Of a stretch of DNA of 64,000 nt, positions 1 to 10,224 are shown piece by piece; position 1 is the stretch's first letter; the number at the start of each line of letters is the position of its first letter. The stretch lies in IMG/VR virus record IMGVR_UViG_3300027688_000004. One strand, written 5' to 3'. This DNA is from an uncultured virus (IMG/VR IMGVR_UViG_3300027688_000004) (taxonomy: Duplodnaviria > Heunggongvirae > Uroviricota > Caudoviricetes). The notes beneath the pieces are model-generated. The model worked only from the letters and a program-made list of their open reading frames with translations, was not told the DNA's origin and made no database searches. The position numbers and the translations under genes are program-made.

Positions 1-1
1 G

Positions 2-1915
2 GGGCAGTATGAGAAGGCACGCCAAGAAGCCGCGAGAAGAGATCGTGGGCAGTCCCGGCCAGCTTCGCAGAACCCCATGCCGGGGATGCCGCAACAGCAG
101 CAAGCACCCCCCGCTGGCAACTTCCCACCAATGCCAGCCAATCTGAGTCCGTACGCACAGAGGCAGTTTGAGAATGCACGCCAAGAAGCCGCGAGAAGAG
201 ATCGTGGGCAGTCCCGGCCAGCTTCGCAGAACCCCATGCCGGGGATGCCGCAACAGCAGCAAGCACCCCCTTCTCCACCATCTCAGTCCGACTCTGATGC
301 GGCTGATTTCCGCAGAAATGGGATGACGGCTAGTCCACCAGCTGATCCATCTGGCCAAGCTGCGGCTGATTCCCGCAGAAATGGGATGATGGCTAGTCCA
401 CCGGGTGCAGCTTCACAGAACCCCGCCAGCAGGACTGCCCCCTCCTCTCCACCATCTCAGTACGACTCTGCACGGCCCCCCTCCTCTCCACCATCTCAGT
501 ACGACTCTGCACGGCCCCCTTTTATAGACCTGTCCGGATTGAACCCTCAAGGGTCGGCTACTGGGTCTACGATCCCGGGCATGTTTACGCAAGGCTATGC
601 TGGGATGTTTGCCGGAGGAATGCTGACTGGGTCTCGCATGGGGTCCGCGTTTTCTGAGATGGAATCCGCACGACAGGCCCAACTTAACCCAAACTTTGTT
701 GGGCCAAGAACACAAAACCCAATGCAGGACGGACCGTGGGATCAACGCGGGAGTGATCAGTTCCGCCGCGGAGCGGCCCTTGACGCGAACCCACTACCCG
801 GTAGCTCTAATCAGGCCGCGGTATTAGCGGGACAACTACAGTCTATGGACGTCCAGAACCCGATGTCAGCAGAGGCCGCAAACCAGTACAACGGGTATGT
901 AGCCGATGCCAACGACCCCAATCGTATGACGCCTGACCAGAAGTACGCTGCGGCTCAGCAGAGTGCCCAGCGGATGGGCCAGTCTGACCCGACCAACATG
1001 GCTGGCCGGTTCGGGCCAGGCTCAGAGTTGGGGCAGCAGGCAGCAAAGAACGCACAAAACGAAGCCAGCGTTGCCGCCGGGACCCAATACGAGATCCCAC
1101 AGGGGTACGGGACGCTTCCGGAATACCGCCCAATCAATCCAAGCCCTGAGGTACGGTACAGGGTCAACCCAGACGGATCTCAGGGGAGTTCATACTTGCC
1201 GAATACTGACCCAGTGCTGGGAAGGCAGCAAGCCGCAGCACGTCGTCAGTGGGGTGATCTAGGGTCACCGGCAGGGGTAGCAAAAGCAGAGTCTCGGAGA
1301 ACCCGGAAAGCAGCCGAAACGACTCGCCGCGAAGGGGTGAAGTTCAGGCACATGATCAGCCAAGGGATGAACCCGATGTCTCCGCAGGCACAGGGGATGT
1401 TCCCTAAACAGGTGGCGGAGATGAAAAAAGCTGCTGGGCAGAACCCGATGCAGATGGGGACTCCCGGTTCTGTAGAAGCTCAGCTTGCCGGTACACAGAA
1501 AGTTACCTCGGACATGGCAACTAACCGCCATCTCATAGCGATGGGCGGTAAGCCGGGTGCTACCCTCCAAGACATCAACAGTGGGGTGTCGGCTCACCTG
1601 TCCAGCGGCGGGACTTTCAGTGACGACTCTCTGGAGGCATTTCAGCAGCACGCTATAGCTCAGCAAGCTGGGATGAACAGCGACAACAACCCGTTCTCGT
1701 GGTCCGGTGTAGGTGATTCTGCTGGGGTAGAAGGCCAGATGTGGCTGGACCTCGCCCGGTTACCCAACACACCCGAAGCAAGACGGGCCTGGCTTGAGAG
1801 ATACGAGTCAGCCGATCGTACCCCACGCAGCCAAACCACACCGAACCCCGGATACGCTGCCCCGGGCTCTCCATATACACCCCCACCAGCACCCGGCCGC
1901 AAAATCCCCGAGTGA
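2..1915 (+). CDS. Gln/Pro/Gly-rich low-complexity protein, probable internal virion (ejection) protein; 5'-truncated
   Basis: The frame of ORF 77..1915 is open back to position 2 (GQYEKARQEAARRDRG...); lies directly upstream of a 1666-aa protein. Confidence 0.5.
   Translation, partial: GQYEKARQEAARRDRGQSRPASQNPMPGMPQQQQAPPAGNFPPMPANLSPYAQRQFENARQEAARRDRGQSRPASQNPMPGMPQQQQAPPSPPSQSDSDAADFRRNGMTASPPADPSGQAAADSRRNGMMASPPGAASQNPASRTAPSSPPSQYDSARPPSSPPSQYDSARPPFIDLSGLNPQGSATGSTIPGMFTQGYAGMFAGGMLTGSRMGSAFSEMESARQAQLNPNFVGPRTQNPMQDGPWDQRGSDQFRRGAALDANPLPGSSNQAAVLAGQLQSMDVQNPMSAEAANQYNGYVADANDPNRMTPDQKYAAAQQSAQRMGQSDPTNMAGRFGPGSELGQQAAKNAQNEASVAAGTQYEIPQGYGTLPEYRPINPSPEVRYRVNPDGSQGSSYLPNTDPVLGRQQAAARRQWGDLGSPAGVAKAESRRTRKAAETTRREGVKFRHMISQGMNPMSPQAQGMFPKQVAEMKKAAGQNPMQMGTPGSVEAQLAGTQKVTSDMATNRHLIAMGGKPGATLQDINSGVSAHLSSGGTFSDDSLEAFQQHAIAQQAGMNSDNNPFSWSGVGDSAGVEGQMWLDLARLPNTPEARRAWLERYESADRTPRSQTTPNPGYAAPGSPYTPPPAPGRKIPE
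17..520 (+). repeat. Intragenic direct repeats
   Basis: ~95-bp copy at 17-111 and 176-270; 39-bp tandem (PPSSPPSQYDSAR) at ~438-518; partial repeat (AADxRRNGM) at ~300 and ~360. Confidence 0.85.
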
Positions 1916-1928
1916 GATTTAACCACTG

Positions 1929-4900
1929 ATGGCCAGTCTGCAAGACCTACTCTCTGCATCTCAAATCGGATCCCGCGCCGCAACATACGCTTCGCCGGGA
2001 CAGCCGACAGGCGGCACGAACCTCTTCGACACTCTGAAAGATGTCGGAGGGGTTGGTCTCGGGGCGGTCGCGTCTGTCGGGAACGTCCTGGACCTGCCGG
2101 GTAGCTCCGTGCGTGACCTGTTCGCCGGGGAGAATCCGTTTGACCAGTGGCTCTCCCCACTGCAGGATACAGACCGTACGACCGGTCGCCAGCTTCTCGA
2201 AGGCTGGGGAATGCGGAAGAACGAGGAGACCGGCATTGGTGGTTGGTTCAGCGATCCAGGAGAAGGGCTACGCGACCTTGCTGGGTTCGGGGCGGAAGTA
2301 GTTCTCGACCCGTTCGGCCCGGTGGTCGGTGCTGCGATGGGGGCTGTGAAGGGAACAACGCTCGGCATCAAGGCAGTGTCTGCAGCCAGTCGCGCCCACC
2401 CACTGGCAAAGCTGCTTGGCCGGACAGCCGTCAATGTCTTTGACAAGCTCCCGATGAAAGCTCAGAAGGAACTATTCAAAGGCGTAGGCAGAGGAGTAAG
2501 TGCCCTGCTCGACCGCAAGGTGATGAGCGTCACTGATGCCGCCGTTCAGCCGATGGCGAGAGAAGTAACAGAGGCTGCGGATAAAGTAATGGCACGGGCC
2601 GCAGCTGACGCGGCCGAAATTGCGCTGACTGCAAACAATGTCGGGTACAACCTTCATCCTGACCTTAAGCTGGACCCAGCGGATCCAGCTACTTGGCTCA
2701 GAGACGATTCGGTCCTGAAGACAAACGCCCGTGAGATGACAATCCGGCGATACCTTGATGGGGTCTACAACCCCGATGATGCCCAGCTCATGTCCGGGGA
2801 TCTCGTGACGATCGGGGAGTCTGCAGATATCCATGCGGTGGAGTTCGTCGATCGTACGCTGACCGGGGCAAAGGTGAAGCTGGTAAATCGGGACGAGTTG
2901 ATTGATGATACCGCGCTGAAGCCAGCCTTCATGCAGCAGAAGGACAAATCGCTGGAGTTGCCGGAGGAGCTGAAGGCGGTGCTGGATGTTCAGCTAAGAG
3001 AGTCAGATGCCCTGCAGTTGGAAGCCCAAGGCGTTGGTCTGAAAGGACTCGGGGACAACCTCGACCGGTACGGTGGTAAGAATTTCTACCACCGCTTAAA
3101 GAGTGATCAGCTTCGCCAGATAGAGGCTGTCACCGGGCTGGACCCAAAGAGCTGGCGGAAGGGTTACAACAGTATAGTCGCCACGCTGTCTACGCCGGGA
3201 GGGAGAGAACTCCAGTACAAGGGCTTTACCGGAGTCACAGCCGGAGTGAATGAACTCTTCGCTGATAAGTACATGCAGAAGTTGGTTGAACGGCTTCACA
3301 GTGAATCCGAATTGTCAGCAAACATCGTCGATGGGGTGCAGTCACGGATCATGCGGAGCCAAGCCACAGGCGCGCTGATGGTTGGGCCTCGCCACTTTGA
3401 AACTTTGGCCGAGTCACTCGGTATGACCTCAGATGAGCTGTGGCTGGAAGTCGCAGAGATTCCACGTACGAGGAAGACGGGGGCTTCGGCGTTTCCTGAC
3501 GCTAAAGATACAGGGCAGTTCACCCTAGAGGAGAATGGACTCGGACTCGGTTATGTAAAGACTGTCATCAACGGGGATACAGCAGAACTGAGTCACACTC
3601 TACCAGCCGGAGATATTGATCGAGGGGTGTTGAACGATACGCTCCTAGACATAGAACGCAGCCTCCACGAGAAAAACGGCGTCAACAAGGTAGTTATCAA
3701 CGCCCCTACAGACGACGCAGCAGACAAGCTGTGGAAAGGTTTAGGATATACTCTGGACGGAACACCACCATCAGGGGGATCACGCTGGATTAAGAATCTA
3801 TATAACGGTTTGCCCGGAGTTTCCCGGGAGAACATGGGCTCTGTGCTGCCGATGATGATGGACGTTGATGAAGCGATGAAACGGCTCAGCTTCTTCCGAG
3901 ACCAACTGGCAGATCAGATTAACACTGGGGCAAAAAAGGGGGAGTCTATCGCCACAGGCTGGTGGACTCGCTTCGATAACCTGCGAGACACTGAGAATAA
4001 AGGTCGGTTGAACCTGAATGCGAAGGTCGTCAAGGCGGAAATGACTAAGCTGGAGCTGGACACTCTCAACCTAATACAATTCCGCCCATCAGGTGTCCTC
4101 CAACAAGCGTCTGACTTCGAGAAGGCAAAAGCCGCACTTGAAGCTGGACGAGAGGTCTACTACGGTCGTCACATCACGAAGAAGGGGGAGCCTGCTGTCT
4201 CGATCTTAGTTTCACCAACCACAGTGTCTACACTGGAGAAGAACTGGACGAAGATCTCTGACGGGCTGAAGCAGGCAGTGAAGGATAGTCCGCTGCTCCT
4301 GAAGGAGACGACCTACGATCATCTGCACAGAGCGATCTCGCGAAACTACGACGGGCGTATCGACCGCTGGATGCCGGAGCTGACTAAGCCGGATGGCAAG
4401 GGCTACCTGGGTGGAATGGCGAGGGCCTCTACGACAGAAGAGATTCTGCACGAAGAGTCAATCGGCGGGTGGCATAAAGCGTTTCTTAATTTGCACAAGC
4501 GTATGGAGATCATCGATCCCGGCACCATCGGTAAAGACCTGACGAAACCGATGAACGCAATAATGCGTATGGATGATGAGACGCTGAAAGCCTTGCTGTT
4601 CACCGACGCCAACATCAAGACCATACACACTCTGCGGGAGAAGTACAACGGGAAGCTCGGCCTACTCAACGAGGAGAAACTAAACCGGGCGGATCTTGTG
4701 AAAGACCCAATCGGCCGGAGTGATCCAGGTTTCATAGAAGCAACCAGACCCCGGGATCTGCTGACTCAGGATGCAGCGGTACCACTGGTGGACCGGCATC
4801 ACGCTTTAGCCCATGAACTGGGGGACCATGTAGAGAAGAGGTCTGAGCCACTCTTCCACGCCTCAGCGGCAGTGTCAGGGTACGACTACGCGAGCAAGAA

Positions 4901-6929
4901 TGGTCGAGCAATTGAGCTGATCAAGTCTACCGCGAATACCATCACACGCATCCGGGCGGGCAGAGGGAGTCAGCCTCTGACGGATGAGCTGGATGTTTTC
5001 CTAGACAGAGAAGCGGCACAAGGGCAGAGGCTCAGTGAGCTACTTGAGCCGGGACCTAACTCTCTGTTCGGTGATCGCGTTGATACGAACGTCTTTCTGG
5101 AGAATGTCCGGAAACAGTGGGAGGACCTGAAGTTCTTTGACAAACCAAAGGACGGGGAAGAAACTGCCAGACAGATCTCACACATCCTAGGACTGAGGGC
5201 CCCCGCTGAGACCTGGACCCAGATGAGAACACTGAACCAGATCTCTGCTGCAGCGGACCTTCCGGAACTAGCGGCAGTTCAGCAATGGTTCGAGAGCGGC
5301 ATGGCGTGGTTCAAGTCAGGAGCACTAGCCTACACCCCCGCGACAGCGATACGCGATGGATTCTCCTCCTTCGTGAACGCATTCATTATTGGCGATCAGA
5401 ACCCAGCTACCGCCCTGTTTAAGCACGGGAAAGACGCTGCAGCTTTTGCTCGCGGGGTAGCCGTAGACCCTGGGGACAACATCCCCGAAATCGTGGCCCA
5501 TCTAAAGAAGTACGGTAGGCAGAATACTCCCGAGACCAGAGGCCAAGCGTTCCAAGTACTGTGGAACGCTCACCACGCAGGAGGTTCGATCCACCCGAAC
5601 GTGATCTCTGCTGACGCAGACCTAATGAAGACCGCTAACTCCTCTATGACGATGGTCCGGGACATCCCCAATGTGGGTAAGGAGGGCATGTGGTCCCAAG
5701 TCAAAGGTGCGGTCAAAGAGGCATTTTGGGACACGAAAGGGGCATACAACCCTCTCCCGTTCAGCAAAGCCGGGCCGCTCGGGAAGAACGGGCCCTTCAG
5801 TTTTACGAAGGTAGCCGGATCGTGGACTAAAGACGACATCGGAAGATCAGTACGTCGGTCAGAGAGCAATTTCTTTGTTCAGACAATGAACAGTTTCCGT
5901 TCCCTAGTCGATACCACGAACCGCGCCATGTTCGTGCTAGACCGGCTGGGCAAAACTAACTCGCTCACCGAAGCGTTTGCCATGAGCGACATGGCTCTGC
6001 TCAACGCCAACCCGAAGAACTTCTCCCGCTTCGAAGCTAAGTACTTGAAGAACATTGTTCCATTCTACTCCTTCATGCGGCAGAGCATCCCGCTCTTCCT
6101 GAAAGAGCTGATGATCAACCCCGGGGGCAAGCTCGGCATGACTGTCCGGGCTACTCGTTTGGGACAAGGGGATGAGAAAGGATATGTGCCTTTCCAGTAT
6201 CAGGACACGTCAGCTATTCCGATCAGCCAGCACGAGGACGGCTCTGCGAAGTACCTGACATCCCTTGGTCTCATGCACGAAGATGCGGTGGCGTATGCTG
6301 GTAACGCTCTGCAGCTCGATGTACGGGGTCTGCTGCAGAAAGCGATCAGCAGTACAAACCCCGCGCTGAAGTGGTTGACGGAGTACTCCACGAACACCAG
6401 CCTACACAGTCAGGGTCCGATGGGGGCCCGGCGACTCGACGATCTCGATCCTACGATGGGTCGGATCTTGGCAAATGCCGGACTCGGTACAGGAGAGAAA
6501 CAGCTTAGATCTCCGTTCGGCCCGATGGCTGAGTCGCTGGCGGCTGCTTCTCCACTGTCCAGACTCCTCAGTATGACAAAGATCGCCACAACGGATCCGG
6601 CTCGATCCGGGGCGGCAGAGAAGGTCTTCCGTCTCATGTCAGGCGTTCGTATAGAAACAGTGACTTCAGAACAGATCACGCGAGACGTGCGTGACCGGCT
6701 GAACATGTTGCAGATTCAAAGCGGGGCCCGTCCGCTCACTACTGTCTCTGGAACTGCTGATCTGATGAAGCACATGATCGAACGGGGGGATGTGGAAGGG
6801 GCGGCTAAGCTGGAGAGGATCACGAAGGTCTTGTCCGTCCTGCGGAAGCAGGTCTCCGGGAAAAAGAGCCGGGAGGGTAAACCTCCGACAACACGATCTC
6901 TGGTTGACAGGCTCCGGACGAGTGGGTAG
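1929..6929 (+). CDS. Large (1666 aa) virion/ejection-type polyvalent protein
   Basis: Size and position; N-terminal domain paralogous to that of 47307..50093; GNAT-like segment near 3530-3750. Confidence 0.6.
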   Translation: MASLQDLLSASQIGSRAATYASPGQPTGGTNLFDTLKDVGGVGLGAVASVGNVLDLPGSSVRDLFAGENPFDQWLSPLQDTDRTTGRQLLEGWGMRKNEETGIGGWFSDPGEGLRDLAGFGAEVVLDPFGPVVGAAMGAVKGTTLGIKAVSAASRAHPLAKLLGRTAVNVFDKLPMKAQKELFKGVGRGVSALLDRKVMSVTDAAVQPMAREVTEAADKVMARAAADAAEIALTANNVGYNLHPDLKLDPADPATWLRDDSVLKTNAREMTIRRYLDGVYNPDDAQLMSGDLVTIGESADIHAVEFVDRTLTGAKVKLVNRDELIDDTALKPAFMQQKDKSLELPEELKAVLDVQLRESDALQLEAQGVGLKGLGDNLDRYGGKNFYHRLKSDQLRQIEAVTGLDPKSWRKGYNSIVATLSTPGGRELQYKGFTGVTAGVNELFADKYMQKLVERLHSESELSANIVDGVQSRIMRSQATGALMVGPRHFETLAESLGMTSDELWLEVAEIPRTRKTGASAFPDAKDTGQFTLEENGLGLGYVKTVINGDTAELSHTLPAGDIDRGVLNDTLLDIERSLHEKNGVNKVVINAPTDDAADKLWKGLGYTLDGTPPSGGSRWIKNLYNGLPGVSRENMGSVLPMMMDVDEAMKRLSFFRDQLADQINTGAKKGESIATGWWTRFDNLRDTENKGRLNLNAKVVKAEMTKLELDTLNLIQFRPSGVLQQASDFEKAKAALEAGREVYYGRHITKKGEPAVSILVSPTTVSTLEKNWTKISDGLKQAVKDSPLLLKETTYDHLHRAISRNYDGRIDRWMPELTKPDGKGYLGGMARASTTEEILHEESIGGWHKAFLNLHKRMEIIDPGTIGKDLTKPMNAIMRMDDETLKALLFTDANIKTIHTLREKYNGKLGLLNEEKLNRADLVKDPIGRSDPGFIEATRPRDLLTQDAAVPLVDRHHALAHELGDHVEKRSEPLFHASAAVSGYDYASKNGRAIELIKSTANTITRIRAGRGSQPLTDELDVFLDREAAQGQRLSELLEPGPNSLFGDRVDTNVFLENVRKQWEDLKFFDKPKDGEETARQISHILGLRAPAETWTQMRTLNQISAAADLPELAAVQQWFESGMAWFKSGALAYTPATAIRDGFSSFVNAFIIGDQNPATALFKHGKDAAAFARGVAVDPGDNIPEIVAHLKKYGRQNTPETRGQAFQVLWNAHHAGGSIHPNVISADADLMKTANSSMTMVRDIPNVGKEGMWSQVKGAVKEAFWDTKGAYNPLPFSKAGPLGKNGPFSFTKVAGSWTKDDIGRSVRRSESNFFVQTMNSFRSLVDTTNRAMFVLDRLGKTNSLTEAFAMSDMALLNANPKNFSRFEAKYLKNIVPFYSFMRQSIPLFLKELMINPGGKLGMTVRATRLGQGDEKGYVPFQYQDTSAIPISQHEDGSAKYLTSLGLMHEDAVAYAGNALQLDVRGLLQKAISSTNPALKWLTEYSTNTSLHSQGPMGARRLDDLDPTMGRILANAGLGTGEKQLRSPFGPMAESLAAASPLSRLLSMTKIATTDPARSGAAEKVFRLMSGVRIETVTSEQITRDVRDRLNMLQIQSGARPLTTVSGTADLMKHMIERGDVEGAAKLERITKVLSVLRKQVSGKKSREGKPPTTRSLVDRLRTSG

Positions 6930-6980
6930 GGTACATCGTGCCATTTGCGGGAAAATCTATTTTGTGCGGGGAGAGAGTAG

Positions 6981-7319
6981 ATGTTGACTAAAGAATCAGT
7001 GGACGCCCTCGTAATTAAACTGAACGCGGAGCTGAACCTCCCGTTTGCCACCGAAGGGCAGGAAGCGCGGATCATCCGTTGGGCAGTGAATCTAGTATCA
7101 GTGGTGTTGCCGGAGTGGGTTGTACCTTTCCTTGAGTCAGCGGTGGACGGGCTGTCACCTCTCGACATTCTCCAGCACGAGGAAACGCTAGTTACAGAAC
7201 TTAACAAGCTCATCGACATCCCGTACATCCCTGAAGTGATGGAGACTGCGGTCATTCGACCGGTCGTCCACGCGATCTTAGAGTACGCTCTGATCGACAA
7301 ACAGCTCCCAGGAGTTTGA
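6981..7319 (+). CDS. Hypothetical protein (112 aa) with internal duplication
   Basis: Tightly packed ORF; two similar halves (KLNAELNLPF / ELNKLIDIPY). Confidence 0.65.
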   Translation: MLTKESVDALVIKLNAELNLPFATEGQEARIIRWAVNLVSVVLPEWVVPFLESAVDGLSPLDILQHEETLVTELNKLIDIPYIPEVMETAVIRPVVHAILEYALIDKQLPGV

Positions 7320-7320
7320 G

Positions 7321-7635
7321 ATGACCAGCGTCAACTGGCGGTTCGTCATTGCATCGATGCTCCTCGTGGGTGTGGCTGGAGGAGGGACTCTGTTCCTCTT
7401 TGGCTCGTACCTGTATGGACTCTTCAACAAGCCGTCAGTGGGGGCGAAAGCCCATGGAGCGAAAGTCCGTGGTGCGGATGAACTAGCTCCTCCGGGAGCG
7501 GTGGAGTGGGTCGAAGACATCGGTAGTGCGATGGGGCCGTCAGTGTCAGCAGAGACAGTACTCATGTCCTTGAGGGCTGGGCAGAGTAGAGACCAGGCGA
7601 GAGCGACCCGAATTGCGGAGTTACAGAAACCATGA
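7321..7635 (+). CDS. Membrane protein with N-terminal TM helix
   Basis: Hydrophobic FVIASMLLVGVAGGGTLFLF; ATGA overlap with next gene. Confidence 0.65.
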   Translation: MTSVNWRFVIASMLLVGVAGGGTLFLFGSYLYGLFNKPSVGAKAHGAKVRGADELAPPGAVEWVEDIGSAMGPSVSAETVLMSLRAGQSRDQARATRIAELQKP

Positions 7636-7967
7636 AACGCTTCCTCCCTTTTCTGATCGCGGCCTCTGGTCTTCTCGGAGGAATACTCTTGTCTCCCGGG
7701 AAGCCCATTGGGCCTACCCCTGCCCCAGTAGCAGCAGACGTACTGGGACAATGCTATCAAGCAGATCGAGCAGGGAAGGTAGCTCTGCTCCGCGAGATCG
7801 CAGGTAAGACATGGCCCGATGACCCTTCCAAAGCGAAAGCCTGGAATGACGGCATGACTGCTGCCCGCAGTCGTGACTTCAAGCCCTTCATAGAAAACGT
7901 CCTCGCCCCTGCGTTCGACAATGACAAGCTGAAAGAGCTGGCTGACGAACTGGAGAAATCTAAGTGA
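7632..7967 (+). CDS. Secreted or membrane-anchored protein
   Basis: Signal-like MKRFLPFLIAASGLLGGILL followed by a Pro linker; overlaps both neighbours by 4 nt. Confidence 0.65.
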   Translation: MKRFLPFLIAASGLLGGILLSPGKPIGPTPAPVAADVLGQCYQADRAGKVALLREIAGKTWPDDPSKAKAWNDGMTAARSRDFKPFIENVLAPAFDNDKLKELADELEKSK

Positions 7968-8776
7968 GCGGATACCCAATTGAACTGGAAGACCGGGAGT
8001 ACCTGAAGACCCTTGAGAATGAGGTAAGGGTCCTCGCGGTCAGAGGCACTTACACTGAAGTTCGACTGGACCCGCGGGTTCTTATCCAGACCGAGAACCA
8101 GCTTCGACAGGGATCGTGCGCCGGGCATTCTCTGTCATCGACGATGGAGTGGAACTACGCTGTTGCCACCGGAGGTCAGCAGATCCAGCTCTCCCGCGCG
8201 ATGGCATACTACGAGGTGCAACGGATTGACAAGATACGCGGCGATGGTGGGTCCACTGTTGGAGGGGGAGAGCAGCTCAGCAAGAAGGTCGGGGTATGCC
8301 GGGAAGAACTTTGGAAATATCCTAAGAGCTATGACCCGACGCGACCTCCTGACTGGGACGCGGTTATCACTGACGCCGCCAATTACAAGATAGGAACCTC
8401 GGTTCGGATCACTTCGTATGAAGGGTACCGCACGTTCCTCGGCGCAGGGCTCGGCGGGATCCACCAAGGTATCGCGTGGAACGATACAATGAATCGAGCT
8501 GTCGTTGAGGTCTTCCGCCCGGGGGACGGAGGCCACTCGATCTGTGCTCTGTGCCTGAGTGAAAGGGTAGACTCGCAGGGCAACCCTTACGCTTGGATCC
8601 TGAACTCCTGGGGCCAGTCGTTCGGTAACGGTAAAGGTTGGCAAGAGTGGTCGCCAACCGCCATTCGTCAGATGCTGGCCCACCGCTTCACAGTGTTCAT
8701 CGGCTTGTCCGATATGCCGAACATGACTCCTCGATCCTACTCCCTCAAAGACTGGAAGAAGGTACTCACTGCATGA
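7964..8776 (+). CDS. Papain-like cysteine peptidase (C1 family)
   Basis: Catalytic motifs NQxxQGSC, GGHS and WILNSWG. Confidence 0.85.
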   Translation: MSGYPIELEDREYLKTLENEVRVLAVRGTYTEVRLDPRVLIQTENQLRQGSCAGHSLSSTMEWNYAVATGGQQIQLSRAMAYYEVQRIDKIRGDGGSTVGGGEQLSKKVGVCREELWKYPKSYDPTRPPDWDAVITDAANYKIGTSVRITSYEGYRTFLGAGLGGIHQGIAWNDTMNRAVVEVFRPGDGGHSICALCLSERVDSQGNPYAWILNSWGQSFGNGKGWQEWSPTAIRQMLAHRFTVFIGLSDMPNMTPRSYSLKDWKKVLTA

Positions 8777-9582
8777 GAACTCTCCTCTCCATCGGAGCAT
8801 CGCTCTGTGCTATTGTCGGTTGTACCGTTCATCCGGTAATCCGGGAGGCACCTACCGTATCTGTCTTCAGTCAGCTTCTCACAGAGGCGACGGCTCCAGT
8901 ACTCCTACAGCAGGACGCAACCTTAGGTGCAATCAAAGACCAGACCGAAAGCCTGACCGAAATTAAGTCCTTGCTCACTGACCTCAGTGAGGGGAAGAAG
9001 TCCTGCACACCAGCCGGGATTACGGATACGAAGGATCTGCCGCCCGCACCTGATCCTGCTCCGGTCCCGGTTGGTGTGCGTTTACAGTTCTGGTCAGCTA
9101 CTTGGTGTGTGTTCTGTCCTGACGCCAAAGCTGAAGCCAAAGCCGCTGCTGACTCTCTGGGTGTCAAACTGGAAGAGTTTGACTGGGACACCCATGCCAA
9201 CCAAAGAGCGAAGTGTAAGATCACGAGGGTGCCTACCCTCTGCATCGTCCACAACGGGATGACGCGGAAGTGGTTGGTAGGGAAACACCGCCGGGATCTC
9301 ATCCTGAGTTCAGTCGAAAAAGTTCTCGGAGCCAAGGTCGTGAGGTTAGACTCAGCCTCTGCTCCCGTCCGTATGAAGTGGAACGTACAAGGGGACTGGA
9401 CCCCGACTGTGGGCCAGACCGCAGAGCATCTGCAGGGCACTCACGGGGTCTCGACTGAAGGGATGGACCACCAGCAAATGTTGGACCTGCACGACTCCCT
9501 CCATGGTTCCGTAGTTCAAACCCGCAGGGTGCGGATTGCAAGCAAAGGGGCGTACTGTCCGTCTGGGAGATGCCCACGATGA
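8773..9582 (+). CDS. Thioredoxin-fold lipoprotein
   Basis: ATG at 8773 (ATGA overlap); lipobox-like IVGC; FWSATWCVFC and cis-Pro-like VPT motif; C-terminal CPSGRCP. Confidence 0.75.
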   Translation: MRTLLSIGASLCAIVGCTVHPVIREAPTVSVFSQLLTEATAPVLLQQDATLGAIKDQTESLTEIKSLLTDLSEGKKSCTPAGITDTKDLPPAPDPAPVPVGVRLQFWSATWCVFCPDAKAEAKAAADSLGVKLEEFDWDTHANQRAKCKITRVPTLCIVHNGMTRKWLVGKHRRDLILSSVEKVLGAKVVRLDSASAPVRMKWNVQGDWTPTVGQTAEHLQGTHGVSTEGMDHQQMLDLHDSLHGSVVQTRRVRIASKGAYCPSGRCPR

Positions 9583-9869
9583 GCCTGTTTGAGATCCAAG
9601 AGACTCTACCGTACGCCACAGCTAACCAGATGCTGTTCGATCTGTTTCACGGGGGGAGGTGTACCCTCAAGGGCCATGTGCTCCTCCTGTCTAACCCCTG
9701 CCTCCCAAAACCTACAAAGCTGCAGGACTGCATCCTCTGGGTGTTCGAACACCCTGTCACCGTCGATACCCCCGGCCCTAACTCCGACGTAAGTGACATC
9801 CGTCAGTACCGAGATCGGTTGGAGATGACCCTGTGGCCATGGGCCCATGTCAGGATAGATTTTGTATGA
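9579..9869 (+). CDS. Hypothetical protein
   Basis: ATGA-coupled to genes on both sides. Confidence 0.55.
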   Translation: MSLFEIQETLPYATANQMLFDLFHGGRCTLKGHVLLLSNPCLPKPTKLQDCILWVFEHPVTVDTPGPNSDVSDIRQYRDRLEMTLWPWAHVRIDFV

Positions 9870-10168
9870 CGCCAATGGAAGCTCAGCCCCCGCAAGACCT
9901 GTTCAAGGCATTCGGCTGTGAGTATCGGCTCATGGGATCCAACCGGGAGAACGTATCCCGGCGGAAGAAACGAGATAAAATCTCAAAAACCTGGGAGCAT
10001 TTCAAAGCGGTAAGGCCCTACGCGACCACCCAAGAGCAGGCCTTGGCCCTAGTAAAAGATAAGTGGACGTACGGGATGGGCCCCGTCGCCGCTTGGCTTG
10101 CTTGGACGGTAGTGAGTTCGCTTATCAAGAGTATTGTGTTCTGGCTATGGGAGCGGTATAGTTCCTAA
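9866..10168 (+). CDS. Small protein with C-terminal TM helix (holin-like candidate)
   Basis: Basic N-terminus; hydrophobic VAAWLAWTVVSSLIKSIVFWLW. Confidence 0.5.
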   Translation: MTPMEAQPPQDLFKAFGCEYRLMGSNRENVSRRKKRDKISKTWEHFKAVRPYATTQEQALALVKDKWTYGMGPVAAWLAWTVVSSLIKSIVFWLWERYSS

Positions 10169-10224
10169 GACCATCCCCCAGACGGTCAGCTTTATCCCTT
10201 TTGGTTCTCTAGGAGCTGGCCACT

